This document shows, piece after piece, positions 9,349 to 18,368 of a stretch of 64,000 nucleotides of DNA. A model generated the notes under the pieces. It was not told where the DNA came from, did no database searches, and was given only the letters and a program-made list of their open reading frames with translations. A program made the position numbers and the translations under genes. Source of the DNA: a virus (lineage: Duplodnaviria > Caudoviricetes); the IMG/VR virus record IMGVR_UViG_3300032227_000993. The stretch is one strand, 5' to 3'. Positions within the stretch are counted from its first letter, which is position 1, and the number at the start of each line of letters is the position of its first letter.

Positions 9349-12009
9349 TTAGAACTCAAATAGATTTGTAAATGTATTTTCTGTATTGGTAGCACTTGCT
9401 AAGTCCCAATCTAACACACCAAGCAAGTTATCAATCTTTTGATCAACTACAGTAGCTTCCATCAAGCCGTCATCAAAAGGTAGATCTTTAAACCAATCAG
9501 GCAGTCGTGTTTCATCTGTAGGATAACCAATACTTGTCCAACCCAATGGATTGGGCTTTAATTTACATACAATAGTTTTCATTCCGTCTACAATTTGTGC
9601 GGAATAGTTATCGCTGTTCATTCTACGTAGGTTATTCCAATTTAGTGCCGCACGGACGTGCCCTGGCATATTGGCCTTGCCTTCTTTTTCTTCCTTGGCA
9701 CCGTACGCTGTCAAGTTATTAACTCTCTTGGGACTGCCTTTCTCCCAAGCCGGTCGCTCCATGAACTCATACTTAAACTCGCGGATGCGTTCTACGATAG
9801 TATCGCGCGGTGTTCCTGTTAGCACTTTTTCAAGAATCTCATACAAGAACTCTTGGATAACCTTGGGAGTATCACTACGCTTCAAGTCCAAGCCCATGGC
9901 TTTGATCTTGCCTGGTTTACCGTCAACGTCAAGTCGTTTGTTTTCTAAATCATAAATCAATACAGCATAACGTTTTTTGGTAATAAACAAACTGTTAGAC
10001 GCAACAAGTTCGCGACCAGCTTTGATAAGTGAGCCAGCATCGCGTGGACAATGAAACGCCTGTTCCATAAACGCTGGAAATGATTCGTTGACTTGATCAG
10101 CAATATTGTCATAAAGTTGAATACACATTTCTTTACTCCAGGTCATATTGCCAGCGGCTACTTCTTTCTTAATCATCGGCCAGGCTGTAAAATAACACGA
10201 GTCAGTGTCGCCATACACAATAGCTTCGCCTACATGATCTTTTTCGCCGGTGATACATTCATTAATGTATCCGGCCATGTGACGAGCAATAGCACGTCCA
10301 CACAATGTGGTTGATTGACCAATACGCTTGTCAAAGAAGCGACAATGTGGATTCAAAATGGCGCCGTACAATGAGTTCAAGTTGATCTTTTTTACTAACT
10401 GACGCTTGTCCCAGAACGCAATCTCTTTGGGATCTTTTGCATCTTTCTTCTTGGCCTGCATCTCTTGACGTTCAGCGTACCACCTCTCTAGCAATCCTGG
10501 AACAACACCCTTCTTCTCATATGTAACAATAGTGCCATTGGCAGTCAACATCCAAGGTTGATTACTGTTAAAAACAATATTCCATACTTCTTTGGCAGAG
10601 TGAACACTTACATCGCCGTCTTGCCAATCAATGGTAATTTCTGTTCCTGCTTGTTGCTCCATAACTGCGGTGTATTCAAATGTGCCAAAAACATTTTCCC
10701 ACGCTGCCGCAAAGGATTTCTTTTTATTTTCAACTAGATCTTTGATGTATCTGTCGGTGATAATAGGTCGAAGTTGTCCTACCACGGTTTCCATCCCCAT
10801 GTTCAAGGCGCGAATAGCCGAAGGATACAGTGAGTTAATATCAACTGCGCCTACCCATTCGTGTACGCCTTTTTTAGGATAAGCAACATACGCACCCGCG
10901 GCCGCTGTATCTTCATCCTCGCCAATGCGCTTGCGATTAGGAACTACAAATCCGCGTTCGTGTGCTTCGTTGATAATGGCCTGTTCAGTAACTGCTACTG
11001 CGCCCATGACTGTTGGAAGCAATACTGTGTTGTCGTGCGCAATTTCGTTGGCCAAGTCAATAAACTGTAGCTTCTTATCCAGCTTGTCTAACAACAAGGT
11101 ATCTTGTCTGTTGTATTCAATAAATTTCTTAAAGTTTTGATTGTACAGTTGATCCAATGTACCTTCGTATGCTGTTTTACTGTCATTTAATTCGTATTCT
11201 CCAATGGCATCCAAAGAATAACTATGACGTTCTTCATACGTGTATTTGCGATACAGCTGCATGTAATCCATATGAACCCGGCCGATTAAATCATATGTTT
11301 GTGATTCAGCACCAAAGCGTTCAAAGGTACGATCCTTAGGAAATTGTCCCCACAGACAAAACTTACGAGTGTCGTCTTTGCTCAACACTCGTGTGATACG
11401 ATTTACTGTGTAGGGTATATCATAACCTTCTGAGTTCCAACCTGACAGCACGTCAGCATCGTCAATCAACTCTAAGAATGTCACAAGCATATCAGCTTCT
11501 TTCTCAAACACAAGAGTGTTTTCAAAATCTTTAGCAATATCTTGTGCTGTTTCAAGGCTCATGTGTTTGGGTGGAATCACTAATGTTACTAATTGTTCCA
11601 TCCATTGTAGGTAAACAGAAATAGCAGTGATGCTGTTAAACGGATCTGATGTTGGAGAGAATCCTTTTTCTTGGTGGAAGTCCACCTCGATGTCAAAAAA
11701 CGCTACATTTAGTTTTGGGGAATCTTTGCCTTTGTAGTTATTTTCTAAACAGCGAAAGATTGGATTGATATCAGACTCATACAAATTTTTATTCTTTTGT
11801 ATTGCCTGTTCTTTGCGAAACTCTTTGCCACTACGAGTTGAAAAGCGGCTTACTGGTGTGCCATAGATACTGGTAAACTTGCCACGCGGGTCATCATGAT
11901 AGAATATGTATTCTGCTGGATATTCTTTGTAAACCCGCTTGCCATCTACACGTTCTACAACGTGTATGCGATCATGCTCGCGGTCATATAAACTGTCAAC
12001 GTAACTCAT
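9349..12009 (-). CDS. polB: Family B DNA polymerase (gp43-like)
   Basis: Exonuclease motifs FDIE, WNSEGYDIPY, YNRQD; polymerase motifs DINSLYPS, KINLNSLYG, YGDTDS. Confidence 0.97.
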   Translation of the reverse strand: MSYVDSLYDREHDRIHVVERVDGKRVYKEYPAEYIFYHDDPRGKFTSIYGTPVSRFSTRSGKEFRKEQAIQKNKNLYESDINPIFRCLENNYKGKDSPKLNVAFFDIEVDFHQEKGFSPTSDPFNSITAISVYLQWMEQLVTLVIPPKHMSLETAQDIAKDFENTLVFEKEADMLVTFLELIDDADVLSGWNSEGYDIPYTVNRITRVLSKDDTRKFCLWGQFPKDRTFERFGAESQTYDLIGRVHMDYMQLYRKYTYEERHSYSLDAIGEYELNDSKTAYEGTLDQLYNQNFKKFIEYNRQDTLLLDKLDKKLQFIDLANEIAHDNTVLLPTVMGAVAVTEQAIINEAHERGFVVPNRKRIGEDEDTAAAGAYVAYPKKGVHEWVGAVDINSLYPSAIRALNMGMETVVGQLRPIITDRYIKDLVENKKKSFAAAWENVFGTFEYTAVMEQQAGTEITIDWQDGDVSVHSAKEVWNIVFNSNQPWMLTANGTIVTYEKKGVVPGLLERWYAERQEMQAKKKDAKDPKEIAFWDKRQLVKKINLNSLYGAILNPHCRFFDKRIGQSTTLCGRAIARHMAGYINECITGEKDHVGEAIVYGDTDSCYFTAWPMIKKEVAAGNMTWSKEMCIQLYDNIADQVNESFPAFMEQAFHCPRDAGSLIKAGRELVASNSLFITKKRYAVLIYDLENKRLDVDGKPGKIKAMGLDLKRSDTPKVIQEFLYEILEKVLTGTPRDTIVERIREFKYEFMERPAWEKGSPKRVNNLTAYGAKEEKEGKANMPGHVRAALNWNNLRRMNSDNYSAQIVDGMKTIVCKLKPNPLGWTSIGYPTDETRLPDWFKDLPFDDGLMEATVVDQKIDNLLGVLDWDLASATNTENTFTNLFEF

Positions 12010-12097
12010 TTAATCTTTCTGTGTATTATGGCACACTGGCCGTGTTTCATGTTCTTAAGTGAACGACTCTTACTGCTATTTACACTATTTATAGTGT
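12010..12097 (-). promoter_or_regulatory. DNA polymerase leader: tandem late boxes and small hairpins
   Basis: TATAAATA (12086-12093) inside the palindrome ACACTAT-AA-ATAGTGT; second TAAATA at 12077-12082; hairpins GTTC-ACTTAA-GAAC and ACAC-GGCCA-GTGT. Confidence 0.6.
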
Positions 12098-12349
12098 CTT
12101 GCCTACCTGAGTTAAAATTTGTTCAAGTAATTCGTGATCGTCTTGTGTACGTCCAAATTCAGCTTTGTGAGCAATACGAATAGCTTTTTTCAAGATGCCT
12201 GGTTTGATTTCTAATTCTTCTGCTACTGCTTTGATAGTATCGTTGAGACCGCCTGTTAGTGTTTCAACTTCCATGGTAACTTGCATACCTTCATTGATAA
12301 TTTGCTCAAGTTTTTTAGTTTGTTCTGCTGTGAATACTCGATTCGACAT
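12089..12349 (-). CDS. DsbA/GapR-like small dsDNA-binding protein
   Basis: 86 aa; DTIKAVAEELEIKPGILKKAIRIAHK resembles T4 DsbA/DUF2312; strong AGGAG SD. Confidence 0.65.
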   Translation of the reverse strand: MSNRVFTAEQTKKLEQIINEGMQVTMEVETLTGGLNDTIKAVAEELEIKPGILKKAIRIAHKAEFGRTQDDHELLEQILTQVGKTL

Positions 12350-12375
12350 ATGATTCTCCTAATGTGTAAGTAGCA

Positions 12376-12404
12376 ATTATACGACATAAATATCCTTATG
12401 TCAA
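12376..12404 (-). promoter_or_regulatory. Perfect-consensus sigma70 promoter overlapping a divergent late box
   Basis: TTGACA-N17-TATAAT on - strand; + strand TAAATA at 12387-12392 lies in its spacer. Confidence 0.8.
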
Positions 12405-13216
12405 CTGATATTATTGTCCAATTTCAAGATTTGCCCGATTTGAACATAGAACTTTACCAAACATCATTTAAACAACAGTACAAAGATCTTGTTAAACGTA
12501 ATGCTCTAATTGAACCAGCAACCTACAGAGATCCCTGTCATTACAGTCCAGAATTATTGAACCAATTAGCACACCAGGCCAAAGAGCTTTTTGGTTGGGA
12601 GTGGATTGACGCTGACTACACTGACTTTAGAACTACCATGGCCCTACATAAAGAATTAGAAGTTTTGGCAGGAACCGACATGGGCTACAAAGTGATACCT
12701 CGCGAACATCGGCCTTTAGTAACTGAAATACATCACTGTTTACACAGTCTAGAAATAGCAGTACAACAAAATTTTGATCCGGTTCGTCGTCGTGGCGCTC
12801 ACTTGCAGTTAGAGTGGTTTGTAGATGATGGCTTTCCACTGCCCGAAGATTTTGAGTTTAGTCTAGGATGGAAATTTGGTGACATCAAGTTACAAAATCC
12901 TTTTGTAGGGCATCCACCAATACAAGTTTACAAAGATAACGATTATGAAAATGTCAGTCAAACTTGCAAATTTCACAACTATGTTAGGCCTGGAATTATT
13001 CCCATGTTAAATTCGCATACTCCATCATTTGATGTGGATGATTATTTGTCTTGGTTTAGAGCCAATGGCACAGACTTTTTAGCCAAGTTTGGCGAAGAGC
13101 GTACAGTACATTATGCTGGCTGGCCTATTGTTGGTTGTGTAACAAACTTGGATGATTTAGTTACTATTAGTCGTGCGCCAAGTGTTGTGGTTGAATCTGT
13201 CGTAGTAATTGATTAA
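12398..13216 (+). CDS. Hypothetical protein (counter-strand)
   Basis: 272-aa ORF with TAAATA 5 nt before its ATG. Confidence 0.8.
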   Translation: MSTDIIVQFQDLPDLNIELYQTSFKQQYKDLVKRNALIEPATYRDPCHYSPELLNQLAHQAKELFGWEWIDADYTDFRTTMALHKELEVLAGTDMGYKVIPREHRPLVTEIHHCLHSLEIAVQQNFDPVRRRGAHLQLEWFVDDGFPLPEDFEFSLGWKFGDIKLQNPFVGHPPIQVYKDNDYENVSQTCKFHNYVRPGIIPMLNSHTPSFDVDDYLSWFRANGTDFLAKFGEERTVHYAGWPIVGCVTNLDDLVTISRAPSVVVESVVVID

Positions 13217-13312
13217 GCTCACTTAAGCAATGCCTTCCGGGCACGACTCCTTAGCATCACAAGGCAGCAGCCGCCTACACCAAACGTAACTAAGTTACGG
13301 TCCTAAGGTGAT
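13217..13312 (-). ncRNA. Candidate structured RNA, unassigned
   Basis: GC-richer intergenic segment with stems CCTTAG/CTAAGG, CGTAAC/GTTACG, AGGCGG/CTGCCT, GTGCC/GGCAT and a free 3' tail. Confidence 0.55.
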
Positions 13313-14454
13313 TCTTTTAATAAATGACTGATAGCCGGCACCATGGCATGGACGTCAAGATCACGCTCGGCAGCTAATAATGTTGTTTGCTTTTTTAATT
13401 CATCGAGACTACTGTACGCTTGATCATTCAAACGATCTACAGCTATTTTAAAGGGATTACCCAATGAGGCGTGCCAGTTGCCCGGTACAGTATCAGCATA
13501 TTCTAAAAACTGTTCTGTAAGTTTGAGTTTTTCATCTGCCGGCAATAACGATACTGTTTGCCAAGCTGGCCAGGATATCCAATTGAAACTCATTTTCCAT
13601 GTTGGAAATTTATCTATCATGTATTGAATAATATTTTTTAAATCATAGATATTAAAGATATTCATTACTGTATGTGTTTCTAAACTGATGTTTGGATGAT
13701 TGCCCCATAAATCTTGATATTGTTGCATTACAGATTCTACCTGCTCAAATTTACTTGGCCAACGATACCAATCATTTACAGAGGCAATGCCGTCCAAACT
13801 AACTTTTAATCTAACCAATTTACATTGTTCGATCAAGCCGCTTAATTCAGCATTTGGTAATTTTGTTCCGTTGGTGGCAATGTACATAGATTCAATGTTA
13901 TCAAAGTTAATTTTTTTCATCAAATTGATAAAGCGTTTTTGTTCCATAAACGGTTCGCCACCAATAATTTTAAGTTCAGTTATTTGTGAGAGATCTTCTA
14001 ACTCTTCGATTGGATGACCATGTTCAACAAAACTACCACTAAGATTACGTCCGTGTTTAAAATCTTCAGTGGCCCAGGTAGACGAAAAAGATCTAGTGCA
14101 ACTTACGCAGGCAAGATTACACAGGTTACTAAAACTCATTTCTAAAAATTTTAACGGAGCAGCTTCAACTTTGGTGTAAGTAGCTGGATATTGATCGCGG
14201 CGTATTGTGCGTAAACTTTTAGCGCCACTTGCTTCTTCGGTGTAACAATTAGAGCACTCTTTAACAGATTCTCCGGCTAACATTTTTTGCCTGATGTTTT
14301 GCCAGCCTGGTTGGTTGCGCATATCTGGACCCATTGGGTTCTCAACAGGCCATAGGTGATATTGTTTAGGTTTGAACTTACAACAAGGAATTGAAGTACC
14401 GTCAGGGCGTACTGCTAAACTATCCCATGCCCACTGGCACATTGAGTCATTCAT
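13303..14454 (-). CDS. Radical SAM protein with N-terminal SPASM/twitch-like Cys cluster
   Basis: CNLACVSC, GGEPF, VSLDG; N-terminal CQWAW...PDGTSIPCC and CSNCY; start moved to MNDSM. Confidence 0.88.
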   Translation of the reverse strand: MNDSMCQWAWDSLAVRPDGTSIPCCKFKPKQYHLWPVENPMGPDMRNQPGWQNIRQKMLAGESVKECSNCYTEEASGAKSLRTIRRDQYPATYTKVEAAPLKFLEMSFSNLCNLACVSCTRSFSSTWATEDFKHGRNLSGSFVEHGHPIEELEDLSQITELKIIGGEPFMEQKRFINLMKKINFDNIESMYIATNGTKLPNAELSGLIEQCKLVRLKVSLDGIASVNDWYRWPSKFEQVESVMQQYQDLWGNHPNISLETHTVMNIFNIYDLKNIIQYMIDKFPTWKMSFNWISWPAWQTVSLLPADEKLKLTEQFLEYADTVPGNWHASLGNPFKIAVDRLNDQAYSSLDELKKQTTLLAAERDLDVHAMVPAISHLLKESP

Positions 14455-14467
14455 GCTGTTCCTAATG

Positions 14468-15109
14468 TTAATTTTTTCTGAAACTAGGTGCCGACGTGTA
14501 TCCAGTTCTATCAATTTCTTCGGCTTGACTAAGTAAACCAACTTTAGTATCAATCATAGCTTTTGCCCACATTATTTGATTGCGGACAAAAATATCAATC
14601 ACATCGTCTGGATCTTTTCTACTTTTAATATCCATGCCATCATCAACAGCACTTACAAACGCATCAGGTGGAACTGTAAAACCCAAGTAGCTGGCAAATC
14701 CAAATGCCTTGGCGGCTGTAGCTTGCCAGCCATCATCGGACCCAGATACGATAATGCCAAATGTTTTACCATAGTGCGGATTAAAATTATTTTTAATCCC
14801 CCAATCATCTATGTAACCCATGCGTTCCATAAGTGCTTGTATGTAACTGCTGTATGTACCCCACCAAATAGGTGTAGCAAAAATAATACCGTCGTATTTT
14901 AGTATTTCTTTTAGAACCCAAGTCATGTCATCAGCAACGCCGTCTCTGCGTACTCGATCTACACCAGGCTCAAAATTTAAATCTCTTAAAACAATTTCAT
15001 TAACTTCGACACCGTGACGATTGAACTCAGCAATGACTCGATCAACTACCTTTTGAGTATTTGATTCTTCTGGCGGTGTTAGAGATCCATTAAGAACAAG
15101 AAATTTCAT
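14468..15109 (-). CDS. Flavodoxin-like NAD(P)H-dependent FMN reductase (WrbA-like)
   Basis: LNGSL...SNT and DGIIFATPIWWG. Confidence 0.85.
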   Translation of the reverse strand: MKFLVLNGSLTPPEESNTQKVVDRVIAEFNRHGVEVNEIVLRDLNFEPGVDRVRRDGVADDMTWVLKEILKYDGIIFATPIWWGTYSSYIQALMERMGYIDDWGIKNNFNPHYGKTFGIIVSGSDDGWQATAAKAFGFASYLGFTVPPDAFVSAVDDGMDIKSRKDPDDVIDIFVRNQIMWAKAMIDTKVGLLSQAEEIDRTGYTSAPSFRKN

Positions 15110-15186
15110 ACTGGTGCGTAAGGATTAAGTTTGTAGTCCTGGTCGCCTTGCTGTTCAGGATAGATTGGATATTGATTTTCATTCAT
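15106..15186 (-). CDS. 26-aa Tyr/Pro-rich peptide (absent from ORF track)
   Basis: MNENQYPIYPEQQGDQDYKLNPYAPV; start overlaps the upstream stop and its TGA overlaps the next ATG (ATGA). Confidence 0.7.
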   Translation of the reverse strand: MNENQYPIYPEQQGDQDYKLNPYAPV

Positions 15187-16459
15187 CATGCGGTTCCCAA
15201 CTGTAATCTACATTAATAACAACTTTATTCTGTTTAGCATAATACGTTTTAGGATCAAAGGTATCTTTGGTTACTTTGATTCTTTTGTTTGTACCATCAT
15301 CAAAGTACACAGTCCACACATAGTATTGTCCGGCTTGTAATTCAGACTCACCTTCGTCTTCACTAAAGTGTTGTCTTTTTATGCTGTCTTTCTTTTGTTC
15401 GCGATTTTTAATAATGGTTTTGGCGTTTACTGGTTGTGCTATTCTACGTGTGATGTTGCTCAACGCATTACTCATACCTTCAGCAACATACGCGGCTTTG
15501 GCGGCAGCATAGACTTCTGGATTGGCAGTAAAGTTAGCAAAGCGAGAACCTTGTGCCACCGTCCACTCCATAAAGTTTATTGATTCATTATGTTTCTTCT
15601 TGTTAGCATTGTCCAAGTAGCCACGCTTGTTTAAGGTAGCCCAACCAATGGCTTCTGCATCTTTCTTGCTGTGGCCCAACGCTTTTTCACTCCGAGCGAT
15701 GTGTTGTTGCATACGATCAACCTTGGCGCCTTCTTCCATTTCGCTGGATTCAGCACCAAAACTTTGACCTGGCCGAGGAGCACCCGCTTGTGTTCCCTTG
15801 TAATATCCGCCAAACTTGGCACCTGTAGGATTGTGTGCGGCCTGGGCCATAGACGCTTCATCTACACCTTGTTCTTTTTTCTTGGCAATGGCAATGGCGG
15901 CCTGCTGTGCTGGGCTACCTGCTTCGTCAAGATTCAGCGGCATCAATGTAATCTTTTCTGCTTTGGCCATGTTGCCTTCGCGATACAACTTTTGCTTCCA
16001 GTTGTCGTGGAAGCGGCGAGCTTGTTCATAGTAGTCAAACTTCTTAACAGGCTTACCTGCCAAACAAACAGCGTATGGCTCTACCTTGTTGAAGTCTTGG
16101 AATCCTTCATCAGCTCTGTGTGCTCGTACATAAGCGTGCCATTGACGTGGAGTGTCGCCACCGCCGCCGTGTTCTTCTAAATCTTCTTCTGCTAAACCTA
16201 ATGCTTGTAAATTACTTGCATCTGTTGATTGATTGTGTGCTAATGTTTCAGCACCTGGTGCTTCGTCTACATTTATTTTGTAATAGTTATCACGCTCTGC
16301 TTTGGCTCGAGCGTATTCATGGCGCATAGCTTCTTTGTATTTAGGATCGTTTGATGCTTTGGCACGTGCTGTGTAATCGTCCATCTTGGCTTCTAAATCT
16401 TCAATACGACGTGCTTCAAGGTCGTCGATGGCGCCTTCAAAAATATCAAATAAATTCAT
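15179..16459 (-). CDS. Modular putative internal head protein
   Basis: N-terminus MNLFDIFE; short modules separated by VDE/LEE/LDE/MEE sites. Confidence 0.6.
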   Translation of the reverse strand: MNLFDIFEGAIDDLEARRIEDLEAKMDDYTARAKASNDPKYKEAMRHEYARAKAERDNYYKINVDEAPGAETLAHNQSTDASNLQALGLAEEDLEEHGGGGDTPRQWHAYVRAHRADEGFQDFNKVEPYAVCLAGKPVKKFDYYEQARRFHDNWKQKLYREGNMAKAEKITLMPLNLDEAGSPAQQAAIAIAKKKEQGVDEASMAQAAHNPTGAKFGGYYKGTQAGAPRPGQSFGAESSEMEEGAKVDRMQQHIARSEKALGHSKKDAEAIGWATLNKRGYLDNANKKKHNESINFMEWTVAQGSRFANFTANPEVYAAAKAAYVAEGMSNALSNITRRIAQPVNAKTIIKNREQKKDSIKRQHFSEDEGESELQAGQYYVWTVYFDDGTNKRIKVTKDTFDPKTYYAKQNKVVINVDYSWEPHDE

Positions 16460-16461
16460 TT

Positions 16462-17421
16462 TTATTTCTCTTCGATGTAGTCAGCAGATTGTTCTGAAGC
16501 TAATTTTTCAGCACGATGAGCATTGTACATTTCCAATGCCATTTCTGCTTCGGCCAACGTGGCAAATTTGGTTGGCAATTCTTTGCCAGCACGTTTAATA
16601 CAGAATCCATCACGCTCGTCGCCGTGGATCTCAACCAGTACACTTCCGCCCATTTCATCCAATGGAACATTCATTGTTCTAACTGGTGCTGTGATACTTT
16701 CAGCATAAGTGGAGTTACTACCTTGTGCGTATGTAGTATCTGTTTCGCCAGCCGGAGCTTCGCCAGTTGGAGGAGTTTGATTTGGATCTTCATCTAATTC
16801 TTTACCGTGCTGTAAATCCCATACAGCATCGTGCTCGTCATCCTCCCAATCTTCAACATCTTCTTGGTCGTCGTGGAATTCAACATCACTAATGTGCATG
16901 CTTATTTCTTTACCGTATCCAAGATCAACAACCACAAACTTACCACTTGGACTAAACTCGGTAATATTACCAAACTCACCTTGATGATCATTAGGACCTA
17001 CAACACAAATACGATCACCTACTTCTAACTTCTGATGATCTTCCAGTGTCATTGGAATAGCTTCGTCGACTTCTTGTTGATTAACTTGTAGTTCTAAATC
17101 ACGTAATTCTTTTTTCTTTAAATCTAAGTCTTGTTTCTTCTTAGCAATTAAATCTCGATCTTGTTTGATTTGTTCTTCGGCACTTTTCAAGTAGTCAGCA
17201 AGACTATTTTTAACTTTAGATAGAACATCCTCTTCCATTTTATCTTCGGCAAACTCAACACCGCCGACCATGGGGATAGCCGACTCATCTCGTTTTAGAT
17301 TATTAAATAGTGCTGGTTTCTTTTGCTTTGTTGCGGTTTCAGCAATGACATTATCCTTGGGAGCAATACGCCCTTCAAGGATAGCTAATTTCTCAACAAT
17401 GCTTAAAAAGTGCTGATCCAT
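16462..17421 (-). CDS. Modular hypothetical protein with coiled coil and KOW/SH3-like segment
   Basis: LEVGDRICVVGP...GEFGNITE; repeated xDE/xAE sites. Confidence 0.6.
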   Translation of the reverse strand: MDQHFLSIVEKLAILEGRIAPKDNVIAETATKQKKPALFNNLKRDESAIPMVGGVEFAEDKMEEDVLSKVKNSLADYLKSAEEQIKQDRDLIAKKKQDLDLKKKELRDLELQVNQQEVDEAIPMTLEDHQKLEVGDRICVVGPNDHQGEFGNITEFSPSGKFVVVDLGYGKEISMHISDVEFHDDQEDVEDWEDDEHDAVWDLQHGKELDEDPNQTPPTGEAPAGETDTTYAQGSNSTYAESITAPVRTMNVPLDEMGGSVLVEIHGDERDGFCIKRAGKELPTKFATLAEAEMALEMYNAHRAEKLASEQSADYIEEK

Positions 17422-17422
17422 G

Positions 17423-17863
17423 TTATGCTCTGGCTACCTTTAGATAACTCTTTAATTGCCAGGAATATTTGCCATGGGCACTTTGACGTTCAGCGGCAAA
17501 GTTTGCGATGTCTTCGCGACCTTCGGCAGCGGCAGCATCAAATACTTGCTTGCTCATGCCAATCATGGTCTGTGTATCTGCGAGTAATTCTTCTAACATT
17601 AATCGGGCACGAGGAACCTTGGTCTGGTCCTGTATTTGGCTTAGTTCATTGAAGCGTGTTAGGCTTCCTGGTGCGTATTCTTCCATGGTACGGATGTATT
17701 CAGCAATGGGATCTACGGCTGAATATGCGTCTTCGTAGATTTTTTGTAAAAACTTGTGTAATTGGCCAAAGTCTGGGCCTTCTACGTTCCAATGGAACAT
17801 ATGACTCTTTAAATAGTACGAAAATGTACTGGCTAAGTAAGTTTTTAACAAATCTGCTAACAT
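17423..17863 (-). CDS. dps: Dps ferritin-like protein
   Basis: HMFHWNVEGPDFGQLHKF and DPIAEYIR ferroxidase motifs. Confidence 0.92.
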   Translation of the reverse strand: MLADLLKTYLASTFSYYLKSHMFHWNVEGPDFGQLHKFLQKIYEDAYSAVDPIAEYIRTMEEYAPGSLTRFNELSQIQDQTKVPRARLMLEELLADTQTMIGMSKQVFDAAAAEGREDIANFAAERQSAHGKYSWQLKSYLKVARA

Positions 17864-18066
17864 TATTTTTTCCGTTTGTATCGTTTGTACTCTGCCGGGG
17901 TATTAGGTGTCGGATCAGAGGCCGTAGTGTATTTACCTACAAACATACTATCGGGTATTCTTCGCTGGACAGCGCCCAAAGGCATAGCAACCGTAGCTAT
18001 ACTGCCGCTACCGGTGCTTCCTGCGCTGGCATTTTCTGTTAATCCTACAATTTCAAACAGTCTCAT
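17863..18066 (-). CDS. Small putative internal head protein
   Basis: MRLFEIVGLTE-NASAGSTGSGSIATV; basic C-terminus. Confidence 0.6.
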   Translation of the reverse strand: MRLFEIVGLTENASAGSTGSGSIATVAMPLGAVQRRIPDSMFVGKYTTASDPTPNTPAEYKRYKRKK

Positions 18067-18349
18067 CTGTAATCCTAAAAGTTGTATTGTCGATTATTTC
18101 AGCAGGGCCGTAATCTACAGTTAAATCACCTATTTTTAATTCAGCCAAACAGGGCGGAACCAGTTCATAACGTAATTTGTATGTATTGGGTTCGGCTTCT
18201 ACTTGTAATTCTTCTACAAGATATTGCCCTTCCCAAACCCATGTACGTTCACTAAACAATTCATCGTTGATGTATAGACGATAGGTGGGACTTAGGCCCT
18301 CCCATTCGCAGTCTATTTTACTCAGTAATCGCACGAATGTTTTGCTCAT
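18053..18349 (-). CDS. Hypothetical protein
   Basis: 98-aa ORF with TAAATA 4 nt before its ATG. Confidence 0.7.
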   Translation of the reverse strand: MSKTFVRLLSKIDCEWEGLSPTYRLYINDELFSERTWVWEGQYLVEELQVEAEPNTYKLRYELVPPCLAELKIGDLTVDYGPAEIIDNTTFRITDETV

Positions 18350-18368
18350 ACTGTATTTAGTGCTAATA

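Noticed and set aside
13217-13312. Twister, pistol or HDV-like ribozyme assignment
   Set aside because: Short look-alikes exist (CGGTCCTAAG, TTAGGA, CTCCTTAGC) but the required stems, pseudoknots and order do not assemble by eye; left unassigned pending a covariance-model scan
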